This document shows positions 33,311-41,842 of a stretch of 64,000 bases of DNA, piece by piece. The notes beneath the pieces are model-generated. The model was not told the DNA's origin, made no database searches, and saw nothing but the letters and a program-made list of their open reading frames with translations. This DNA is from Methylococcales bacterium (GTDB taxonomy: Bacteria; Pseudomonadota; Gammaproteobacteria; JABHGC01). A program made the position numbers and the translations under genes. The stretch is from the NCBI GenBank assembly GCA_018672285.1, contig JABHGC010000183.1, positions 133 to 64,132 on the forward strand. The letters are read 5' to 3'. Within the stretch, counting starts at the first letter, position 1. Every line of letters starts with the position of its first letter.

Positions 33311-36256
33311 CTAGCAGGATTGACTTTTAGCCCATTTAACCAGGATATCCACCAGCACATTTCTCGCTAATGGCTTGCTGACAAAATCCACCATGCCCAC
33401 GTCGAGACATGCTTGCCGCTCATGGGCTAAGGTGGCTGCAGACAAGGCAATAATCGGCACAGAAGACATTTCAGTAATCGCACACGCCGCATCTAGACCA
33501 TTCATGACGGGCATGTGTACATCCATCAGAATAACCTGGTAAGTGTTTTTATCCGCTTTGATTTTATCAACAGCTTGCTGTCCATCACTGACAACATCAA
33601 ATGTCATATTTAATTTTTGCAGTATGGCTTTTATTAATGTTTGGTTCGTCGTGTTATCTTCAGCGACTAAGACATGAACACCCGATAGTTTCGCTTCTTG
33701 CGCCATTCTAAATTGTTTGGAAACGTCGTCTTCTACCTCAAGCTCAGTCACTATCGGTAATAAGACACTGTAGTGAAACTGGCTACCTTCTCCAAGGGTG
33801 CTTTCTATCCCTATTTCACCGCCCATCAAATTCACCAACTGCTGACAAATAGTCAACCCTAAGCCCGTACCACCATATCGACGAGTGGTTGAGTTATCTG
33901 CTTGAGAAAAGGGATCAAACAAGTGTTTTTGCTGCTCTGCGGAGATGCCGATGCCAGTATCTGTCACTACAAATCGCACTATTGCTTCGTCGATAGCCCG
34001 ATAATCAAGCTGTATTTGCACTGAAACTTCACCTTCTTGAGTGAATTTTAAGGCATTACCAACCAAATTATTTAATACTTGGCCCAAACGAGTCGGATCA
34101 CCGACTAAAAATGGCGGTACATTATCATCAATGGATGCAACAAACGCCACACCTTTGCTTTGTCCGGTTGCAAAATACAGCTCTTGAGTTGCTTCTATGA
34201 TGGATTTTATTTCAAATGGGGTTGCTTCAATGGTCATCCGACCAGCTTCGATTTTAGAAAAATCAAGTATCTCATTGAGGATCACCATCAATGATTTAGC
34301 CGATGTTTGAACACTCTCTAAATACGCTCTTTGGTCATCTTTTAACTCGGTTGTTAACACCACATCGGTTAAACCAATGACCCCATTCATTGGTGTGCGA
34401 ATTTCATGGCTCATGTTCGCTAAAAAGCCACTCTTTGCCTTGTTTGCAGATTCAGCCACTTCTTTTGCTTCAATTAGCTCAGCAATCATATTCTTTTTGT
34501 CAGTCACATCGGAAAACATACCAATGTAACCCGTAATATGATCATCGGCACTTTTGATGGCTGAAACTGACAAATTGACTGGCACACGAGCACCCGATTT
34601 AGTGATAAAATCAACATTATACTCTTCAATAACACCCTGATTGGGATAATAGGTAAATGTCTCTGTACCGGGCTCTATCTTGCGTCCTATTTTTTCCGAA
34701 AGCGCTTTTGCTTGTGCTTCTACGTCTTTAGGGTCATGCCATAACGCAGGCGACTGCTTGTCTATTATTTCACTGGCATCATAGCCTAAGATTTTTTCAG
34801 CTTGTGGATTAAACGTCGTTACAACCCCGGATGTATTCATTGAAACAATCCCAACTGATGCCCCATTGAGTAACGCCTGATTAAATTGATGTTTTATGGC
34901 TAAAGAGTGTTCTGATAGTCGCTTAGAAAGTTCAAGGCTGGCACGCTTTGCCGCAAGCTTAAATAAAGTGAGGGTTTCTATCATTTCCTGCCCGGATTTC
35001 TCCTCATCATGCAGTCCCCACAAAATGCCACTTATATTACCACCTTCATCATATAAAGGTTCTCCACAATAACTTTCAGCCCCCATCTCAACAATGAGCT
35101 CATCTTTTAAGAATATCTGTGAAACCGCGCTATGAATGATTGTCGTACTACATTTATCCCTTACAATTTCACACGGCGAATTGATCAATGAATACTGAAA
35201 ATTCGCCTCCAACTTTCCGTCCTGACAAAAACTCTCAACTTGAACTAAATTATCACCAATTAAACGACCTACTCCCGCCCACCGAACATCTAAGCCAATG
35301 CATACTGCTGTCGCAATACTATCAAGTGCATTATCACCCGAGGCCACTGATAACATTTCTAATGCTTTGTTGTGTCTATTACGTGCCGATATGTCTCTAG
35401 CGGTTGCAATAAAGCGGGTAGAGTCATCCTTTAGAACATAGTGTTGAAGTAAAATTTCGACCGGAATGTCGTGCCCATTTTTATGTCGGTGCACTGTTTC
35501 AAAAGCGAGATGTGTCACGCCATCCTCACCCAGAGGCTCAATCATTTCCTCAAAATACGCACGATCCATGGCCGGTTTAATATCCACAGGTGTCATTGAG
35601 TATAACTCATCACGAGAGTAACCTAGCTGTTCAATCGCCGCTTCATTCACATAACAAAACTGTAATGAATCAGTCTCAAACATAAAAACACCATCAGCCA
35701 TTTGGTCCAGTGTTACTTTAAATTCTTCTGCCTCTTTTAACGTTTGCCTATACCGTGTTGATACTTCAAAACCAAAGTACGTGGCCAATGCAACCGCACT
35801 TGTGCCAGAGATCATCGCAAGCCATTGCTGAGCAGACTCATCCATAAACTCGTTTGGAAAAACCACCTGCCATTGAAATAGACCTAACAATCCAATCAGG
35901 GAAACGGAGCAAGCAGCTAACAAAATGGCCATCCACTTATCCAGCAAAAAAATCGTGATTAATGGACCAAGAATGAGCCAGATCAATAACGGTGACTGCA
36001 ACCCTCCACTAAAAAACACACACCAAACAGGTGCTAGCCATATTGAAAGAATCAAAAGCAATAAGGCCGCTCGAGGGTTGTTATAACGGTAAGTCCAAAA
36101 ACCGATCGCACTCAAAATGCTGTGCATCACAGGCCCGACTAAGCACCACCATGCTTCAAAAAAGATAAAAAATGCGGCAAATGATAAGGCTAGAAGAGCA
36201 CTGACTTTAAGATAACGAAGGGCTAAGGCGCTATTAACTTGACTCGTACTCAGCAT
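33311..36256 (-). CDS. Membrane hybrid sensor histidine kinase (TM-PAS-GAF-PAS-HisKA-HATPase-REC)
   Basis: FLANMSHEIRTPMNG, NLVGNALKFT, DTGIG, GGTGLGL, ILMDVHMP. Confidence 0.95.
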   Translation of the reverse strand: MLSTSQVNSALALRYLKVSALLALSFAAFFIFFEAWWCLVGPVMHSILSAIGFWTYRYNNPRAALLLLILSIWLAPVWCVFFSGGLQSPLLIWLILGPLITIFLLDKWMAILLAACSVSLIGLLGLFQWQVVFPNEFMDESAQQWLAMISGTSAVALATYFGFEVSTRYRQTLKEAEEFKVTLDQMADGVFMFETDSLQFCYVNEAAIEQLGYSRDELYSMTPVDIKPAMDRAYFEEMIEPLGEDGVTHLAFETVHRHKNGHDIPVEILLQHYVLKDDSTRFIATARDISARNRHNKALEMLSVASGDNALDSIATAVCIGLDVRWAGVGRLIGDNLVQVESFCQDGKLEANFQYSLINSPCEIVRDKCSTTIIHSAVSQIFLKDELIVEMGAESYCGEPLYDEGGNISGILWGLHDEEKSGQEMIETLTLFKLAAKRASLELSKRLSEHSLAIKHQFNQALLNGASVGIVSMNTSGVVTTFNPQAEKILGYDASEIIDKQSPALWHDPKDVEAQAKALSEKIGRKIEPGTETFTYYPNQGVIEEYNVDFITKSGARVPVNLSVSAIKSADDHITGYIGMFSDVTDKKNMIAELIEAKEVAESANKAKSGFLANMSHEIRTPMNGVIGLTDVVLTTELKDDQRAYLESVQTSAKSLMVILNEILDFSKIEAGRMTIEATPFEIKSIIEATQELYFATGQSKGVAFVASIDDNVPPFLVGDPTRLGQVLNNLVGNALKFTQEGEVSVQIQLDYRAIDEAIVRFVVTDTGIGISAEQQKHLFDPFSQADNSTTRRYGGTGLGLTICQQLVNLMGGEIGIESTLGEGSQFHYSVLLPIVTELEVEDDVSKQFRMAQEAKLSGVHVLVAEDNTTNQTLIKAILQKLNMTFDVVSDGQQAVDKIKADKNTYQVILMDVHMPVMNGLDAACAITEMSSVPIIALSAATLAHERQACLDVGMVDFVSKPLARNVLVDILVKWAKSQSC

Positions 36257-36291
36257 AAAATCGGATACTCATTTATTATTTAAGTCTTAAA

Positions 36292-36873
36292 CTAACGCGT
36301 TTCAACCAGTGCATCAACAAAGCCTATCAATTGAGGGAAAAAGCATAAAAAATCTTGCTCTAACGCTGCATATTGTGTGTGAAAATCATGCATCACATAA
36401 TCAACATCTATACGCCCTTTTGCTCTTTCAGCAATACGGCTAATGGCCGCTTCAATACCCTCTGCTTTTTCATATGCCATTAACCAATTATATTCAATCA
36501 TCGCATCTAGCCTGGTGTTAATGTCTTCTGGCAACAGTGCTGCATGTTGACGAAATAGTGCGTACACATTATCGACAAACTGTTGCAAAGGCATGCCAGT
36601 GAATGTTGACCAATTAACGGCTAAAAAATGATCGTAGAAAATATCAATGTGGACAGGCGCATAACGCCGATTTGCTGGTGACATTCTTCTTTTACTTGCC
36701 ATTACGGTGATATGTTTATCAGTAAACCCATCTATTTTCTGATGACAAAATAGGCCATATTGAAGCGCTTCAGGGTACTCAATGGCATGTTGTTGTTTGA
36801 TGAAATCCCCTAAAAAATTACCCAACTGCTGTAACCCTGGCGGGGATAAATACAAATGTGCCAAATAATTCAT
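36292..36873 (-). CDS. acpH: ACP phosphodiesterase (AcpH/YajB family)
   Basis: MNYLAHLYLS, GNFLGDF, HQKIDGFTD, DIFYDHFLA. Confidence 0.88.
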   Translation of the reverse strand: MNYLAHLYLSPPGLQQLGNFLGDFIKQQHAIEYPEALQYGLFCHQKIDGFTDKHITVMASKRRMSPANRRYAPVHIDIFYDHFLAVNWSTFTGMPLQQFVDNVYALFRQHAALLPEDINTRLDAMIEYNWLMAYEKAEGIEAAISRIAERAKGRIDVDYVMHDFHTQYAALEQDFLCFFPQLIGFVDALVETR

Positions 36874-36908
36874 AATATTGTCATTTTAGTAATGTATGGT
36901 GCAGATAC

Positions 36909-36922
36909 TTGATTTGAATCAA
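36909..36922. promoter_or_regulatory. FNR/ANR box
   Basis: TTGAT-TTGA-ATCAA is an exact match to TTGAT-N4-ATCAA. Confidence 0.75.
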
Positions 36923-37018
36923 ACATTTGTCATTTTTATTCATGTAATGTGTAAGGCTCGAAATCTAACAAACTTTCATTAGCAAGAAGAGCTAACACGA
37001 CTGTCCAGGAGTACTGCC

Positions 37019-37195
37019 ATGTCTCTTTCTCTGCAACACAATCATGCAACAACAAAAACCTGCGCGAATGAACACACAACGTCAGAGCACACTCAAAAAC
37101 CGATCTGCTTTCAAACTGACACTCGCTACACATGCACTAAAGCAAAATGCCAGCATCGAACAAACTGTCGCCAGTTACGCGCCTGTTGGTTATAA
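37019..37195 (+). CDS. 58-aa Cys-rich small protein (missed by ORF track)
   Basis: AGGAG 7 nt before ATG; C-x8-C-x4-C-x5-C cluster; downstream of the FNR box. Confidence 0.65.
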   Translation: MSLSLQHNHATTKTCANEHTTSEHTQKPICFQTDTRYTCTKAKCQHRTNCRQLRACWL

Positions 37196-37202
37196 CGGTA
37201 AA

Positions 37203-38216
37203 TCACCAAAAATCTGGGATGGGGTAATGCTCCATAATATAGCATAAACAGTCTTGACGAATCACTGTACTATCCAAGGTTAGCATTGCCAAAATCATCG
37301 GTTTATTGAGCTTTAATTGATGATTCTCACAGGTAAAATATTTACGGGTGACAACCGCGTCACTTTCGACCTCTGTCACGATAACAGGTACTGGCTCATC
37401 TCCTCGAATAGACGCTAGGAGAGTACCTTTTTTTAAATCTCGAAAATTCAGATGATCAAGATCGGCAATGAAGTCAATTTCAGCCTGTGGGTGTTGAAAA
37501 CCAAAACTGACTTCCTCTGGCACTTTAACGACCGCCACAGTATGAAAAACATCAATTTTGCCAATATTCGAATGATCAGACCAATCCTCTAACAACATAC
37601 AGTCATGTAAAAATGACAATGCACGATCAACCCCTTCAGCATCTCCTGCTTTACCACACTCTAGAGTGACTGCCGGACATAGCTGTGAAAATGCAACAGA
37701 CTGAACACATGTAGGCTCCGTAAAGTAGACGCAAATTTCACTAAACTTAGAGGCAAGGTAAAAGAATTTAGGGTCAATTTTATTCACACATGCATAATGC
37801 GGGTTGTATCCAGTGTTGTTATGAATGTCCACGCTTAAAAACACGTTTCGAACTTTCATCTCATCATAAATATCTTGCATCATCCGTGTTAAATCATTTT
37901 GCTCAGTACAATCAGGCCATACCCGATTATAATCAGGCTGATCTTCTAACCTTCTTAAATTGGCTTCAGCCGCTTCGACATTACCAACAAAAATCACCAA
38001 GTCTCTGGGTAAAATTTTGCCTTGAAAGTTTTTCAATAATTGTTGTATTGCAAGTAGACCTGAGTCTTCATTACCATGCTGCAGCACAGATACAAACATA
38101 GGCTCTCGCTTTAACCCTGAAAGGTTAATTAACGTTGGCCCACCCAATAACCCAAACAACTCACTTGCCCTGGCATCTAAAAAACCTTCCGGTATGGCGT
38201 TAACCGTTCTTAGCAT
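37203..38216 (-). CDS. M14-family (succinylglutamate desuccinylase/aspartoacylase-like) metallopeptidase
   Basis: LQHGNE, DYNRVW, VDIHN, TLECG; start at 38216 overlaps the upstream stop (ATGCTAA). Confidence 0.85.
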   Translation of the reverse strand: MLRTVNAIPEGFLDARASELFGLLGGPTLINLSGLKREPMFVSVLQHGNEDSGLLAIQQLLKNFQGKILPRDLVIFVGNVEAAEANLRRLEDQPDYNRVWPDCTEQNDLTRMMQDIYDEMKVRNVFLSVDIHNNTGYNPHYACVNKIDPKFFYLASKFSEICVYFTEPTCVQSVAFSQLCPAVTLECGKAGDAEGVDRALSFLHDCMLLEDWSDHSNIGKIDVFHTVAVVKVPEEVSFGFQHPQAEIDFIADLDHLNFRDLKKGTLLASIRGDEPVPVIVTEVESDAVVTRKYFTCENHQLKLNKPMILAMLTLDSTVIRQDCLCYIMEHYPIPDFW

Positions 38217-39622
38217 GTAGTTCCCCAAGTATGTACAGGCTGCCCTGTTTGCTGATGGTGGATATAACACTCTGTTAATTGCTGCATGGTTGCCCCGTGT
38301 TGCTGCATAAACTGCCGCTGCCAAGTCGCACCATTTTGTTGCTGCTCTATTCGCTGCTTTATAACATTTAAGTATAGTGTGCTATCCGCCTCTCTCACGC
38401 CTAATTGATTTAACCCTTGTTGGGCATAAGGCAATAAAACATCCGTAACCAGCTCAGACAAGGAAATAGATCGCTCTTGCCAAACAAGTGTTGTGCTCAA
38501 GCCATTTTTGGCACAGTCATAAAAATTGCGCTTTGCTGTCTCAAACGGAATCTGTTCAACAAGTTCTGCAGGCAAGCCTACGATCAAACCATAATAAAAT
38601 GCCGCATTTGCAACTGAGTCTGTGACTGTTGGGCCTGCTGGCACCACTCTGTTCTCTATTCTAAAATGTGGCTGACCACTTCCTGAAAAGCCAATTAACG
38701 GCCTATTCCAACGCCAAACAGTGCCATTATGTAACCGTAAATGCGCCAAGGTGGATTTTTTTTCAGGCATGATATGCGGCAACATAATGGGGTAAAAGGC
38801 CTCATTGGCTTCAAAACATTCAACTAAGGAATCGTGTACATAACGGTTACCAAACGTCACTCGCCGACCATAAGGCGTTGAGCCAACATCAATGCTTTGT
38901 TCAAACACAGGAATGCGGGATTCTGCCCATAAGGATTTACCCATTAAGTAGGGTGAATTCGCTGCCACACCGACTAATGGGCCAGAGATAATTTTAGACA
39001 AATTATAATATTGCGCGGCTTTTTCCAGCCCAACCTGTAAATGAATTTGAAACGATGTTGCCGTCGCCTCCAACATGACATTGTGTTTGTTTAACACAAG
39101 GTGTTCATCCCCTTTAATATCAAATTGAAATGGTTGATTACCTCGCATTGCCAGCACTTGATTGTTCAACGCGATATACCGTTGTTGCCCCGATATTTGC
39201 TTTAAGGTTAAATCTGCATTGGTTACTGTTGGTAAAATACCAACCATCGCCATTTCTAAACCCATGCTTTCAGCTTGTGCTGTGCAGCGATTCCAACGTT
39301 GCTGCAACTCATCCGCCAATGCTGAAAAACAGTCTTCAGTTAACCAGCGGGGATCGCCATTAATTTCAACATTAAACTGGGCAAGCTCTGGCACCACTTG
39401 GTCATCATTTAGACCTTGTAAAAATTCACTGTTTTTTGCAGCCGGACGGCCAGTGTCATCCACTAACCAAGCTTCTAACTCAAAACCAATTCGTAAAGGG
39501 TCATTGGCAAACTCGCCTTGCTCTGTCCAAGTTTTAAGCAGCTGCGTTTCCTGCTTGAGATAGGCTTTAAATCTTGCCTCATCTTCTGCTGTGAATTGGC
39601 TTTGAGCAATCTCTTCGCCCAT
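38210..39622 (-). CDS. Glutamate-cysteine ligase family 2 (GCS2-like) protein
   Basis: IGFELE, ELAQFNVE, TSFQIH, ANSP, WRWNRP, RIENRV; start moved to MGEEI. Confidence 0.85.
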   Translation of the reverse strand: MGEEIAQSQFTAEDEARFKAYLKQETQLLKTWTEQGEFANDPLRIGFELEAWLVDDTGRPAAKNSEFLQGLNDDQVVPELAQFNVEINGDPRWLTEDCFSALADELQQRWNRCTAQAESMGLEMAMVGILPTVTNADLTLKQISGQQRYIALNNQVLAMRGNQPFQFDIKGDEHLVLNKHNVMLEATATSFQIHLQVGLEKAAQYYNLSKIISGPLVGVAANSPYLMGKSLWAESRIPVFEQSIDVGSTPYGRRVTFGNRYVHDSLVECFEANEAFYPIMLPHIMPEKKSTLAHLRLHNGTVWRWNRPLIGFSGSGQPHFRIENRVVPAGPTVTDSVANAAFYYGLIVGLPAELVEQIPFETAKRNFYDCAKNGLSTTLVWQERSISLSELVTDVLLPYAQQGLNQLGVREADSTLYLNVIKQRIEQQQNGATWQRQFMQQHGATMQQLTECYIHHQQTGQPVHTWGTTC

Positions 39623-39717
39623 AGTTGTTATCCTTTTTATGATGCTTGCCTTGTAAAATACCCTCCTTTTCGTACTCATTTCAAGGGTTGAAACAAAGAA
39701 CACCGTCTACGTGTGTT

Positions 39718-39733
39718 TGTGATCTTACTCACG
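39718..39733. promoter_or_regulatory. CRP-like site
   Basis: TGTGA-TCTTAC-TCACG, 9 of 10 consensus positions. Confidence 0.45.
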
Positions 39734-39815
39734 TGGTAAAGCGACTGATTAAAAAGGAGAATATTGAGCAACTAAAGACTGACGTAACCCGTCATAAGGA
39801 GAAAGGAAATACCCG

Positions 39816-40025
39816 ATGAATTATTTGATTTTTGTACTGATATCAACATTCGTTTATTATTTTTTAAGAAGCTTATGGATAAAGTATCCATGCCTTAGAA
39901 CAGACAAAACCCTGATTGGTATTTTCAACACGTTTATAGGTGTAGATCGAGTACTCGGGTTTTTATTTGTCATCAGCGCCATGGGTATTACTAGCATCAT
40001 GCTATATAACAACTTTATTCGCTAA
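39816..40025 (+). CDS. Small two-TM hypothetical protein
   Basis: 69 aa, two hydrophobic stretches, AAGGA RBS. Confidence 0.55.
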   Translation: MNYLIFVLISTFVYYFLRSLWIKYPCLRTDKTLIGIFNTFIGVDRVLGFLFVISAMGITSIMLYNNFIR

Positions 40026-40034
40026 CAGACACCA

Positions 40035-40697
40035 TTAAGCACGGTTAAGCAGCTCATCTAGTTGCTGTAACCGCTCTGGTGTACCGATATCCATCCATTG
40101 ACCTGAGTAACACTCCCCTGTCACCTGTTTTATTGCCATAAATTCTCTGAGCAAAGGCGCTAACGGGAATCGCCCTGCCACACTGTCAGCAAACACGGCA
40201 GGATCATACACGCCAATACCACTAAAGGTCAGTTTGTTATCCCCTTCAGCGCTCACTTGATCATCTTTTAAGTCAAAATCCCCACCGGGGTTATGTGCAG
40301 GGTTCGGAATCAAAACCAAATGGATCAAACCTGTGAGGTTTTTAGGGATACGATTAAAATCATACTCCGTCCAAATATCCCCATTCACCACTAAAAAAGG
40401 CCCCTCTCCTAATTGAGGTAACGCCTTATAGATGCCACCACCGGTTTCAAGCGGTTCCGTTTCGGCAGAATATTCAATCTGCACACCGTATTTTTCCCCA
40501 TGACCCAAGTACGCTTCAATCTGCTCACCTAAATAAGCGTGGTTAATCACTATCTGATTAAATCCTGCCGCTTTTAAATTAAGAATATGATGCTCTATTA
40601 ACGCCTTGCCACCTGCTTTTAATAATGGCTTGGGGGTGTGATCCGTTAATGGCCGCATTCGCTTGCCAAAACCTGCTGCCAAAATCATTGCCCGCAT
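40035..40697 (-). CDS. murU: N-acetylmuramate alpha-1-phosphate uridylyltransferase
   Basis: AMILAAGFGKRMRPLTDHTPKPL, LETGGGI, VVNGDIW, WMDIGTPERL; paired with amgK. Confidence 0.9.
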   Translation of the reverse strand: MRAMILAAGFGKRMRPLTDHTPKPLLKAGGKALIEHHILNLKAAGFNQIVINHAYLGEQIEAYLGHGEKYGVQIEYSAETEPLETGGGIYKALPQLGEGPFLVVNGDIWTEYDFNRIPKNLTGLIHLVLIPNPAHNPGGDFDLKDDQVSAEGDNKLTFSGIGVYDPAVFADSVAGRFPLAPLLREFMAIKQVTGECYSGQWMDIGTPERLQQLDELLNRA

Positions 40698-41696
40698 CTA
40701 TTCGCAACCCAGCTCAATTAATAATGCATGAAATGGCTGTAACGCGTCATAACGTGAACATACATCTAACACATATACCATGGTACGAGGGATGTCGTTC
40801 ATGTAACCCGGCTTCTCATCTCGGTGTTTAAGCCTGGAGAAAATACCAATGGCTTTTAGGTGTCGCTGAACCCCCATCCATTCAAACCATTCAATAAAGG
40901 TTTCAAGCTCAGTTTCCTTAACAATAATGCCAGACTGAATGGCAAGTTCGTGATAGCCCTTTACCCAGTCTAAAATATTTTTCTGTGGCCAGCTGATGTA
41001 ACAGTCTTTTAATAAAGAGACTAGGTCATACGTCACAGGCCCTTGAACGGCATCTTGAAAATCTAGAATGCCAGGGGTTTGCAGGTCACAAATCATTAAG
41101 TTCCGAGAATGATAATCACGGTGAACACAGACACTCGGCTGAGCCAATGCCATCTGCGCCAATTGTTCAAAGCCATCTGCAAGCGTGACAGCTTGCTGTT
41201 CTGCCAGCTCAAGCCCTTTCTCTTTCTTTAAGTACCAATCCCGAAATAAATGCATTTCATCGGCCAGCAAAGCATGGTCATAAGCCGGAATATCTGCCTC
41301 ATGAATACACACTTGAAAACTGGCCAAAGCCCCCATGGCATCACCATACAGTCGCTCTACGGTTAACTCCGTTAATTCAGGCAAATACTGACGATTGCCT
41401 AAATCTGATAACAACAAGAAACCCCTGTCCATATCCCGATCCAGAATTTTGGGCACATGTAAGCCTGCCTGTTGAAACAGTTCTGCGATCTTCACAAATT
41501 CAGGGTTTTTCTCTTTTTCTGGTGGCGAGTCCATCGCAATTTGCGTGTTGTTATCAGGGTAGGTTACCCGAAAATAACGCCGAAAACTGGCATCACCAGA
41601 AGCAGGTCTAATATCAAACTCAGGTTGCCCCGAAACTGTCTTCACCCATTGGGTCAATTGCTCTAGTCGCTCGTCCACGAAAAAACCTTTATTCAT
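40698..41696 (-). CDS. amgK: Anomeric MurNAc/GlcNAc kinase (APH family; GTG at 41678 likely start)
   Basis: SGDASFRRYFR, HRDYHSRNLM, LDFQDA, QRHLKAIGIFSRL. Confidence 0.9.
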   Translation of the reverse strand: MNKGFFVDERLEQLTQWVKTVSGQPEFDIRPASGDASFRRYFRVTYPDNNTQIAMDSPPEKEKNPEFVKIAELFQQAGLHVPKILDRDMDRGFLLLSDLGNRQYLPELTELTVERLYGDAMGALASFQVCIHEADIPAYDHALLADEMHLFRDWYLKKEKGLELAEQQAVTLADGFEQLAQMALAQPSVCVHRDYHSRNLMICDLQTPGILDFQDAVQGPVTYDLVSLLKDCYISWPQKNILDWVKGYHELAIQSGIIVKETELETFIEWFEWMGVQRHLKAIGIFSRLKHRDEKPGYMNDIPRTMVYVLDVCSRYDALQPFHALLIELGCE

Positions 41697-41842
41697 TAAT
41701 TAGCCAAAAAAGGGAATATAGCATGAGTTGCAAACAATCAGCACACATAGAAACTATGCAGTAACTGACTCAACCTTACCGCTGGGTGTTGTCATACTTT
41801 GGTGTTGTTCATCAACCAGAGTGATTTTAGCTAGCAACCGTA

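Noticed and set aside
37044-37247. 67-aa ORF from the track
   Set aside because: No RBS, and it overlaps the M14 gene end; the 37019-37195 frame has the RBS and the Cys motif.
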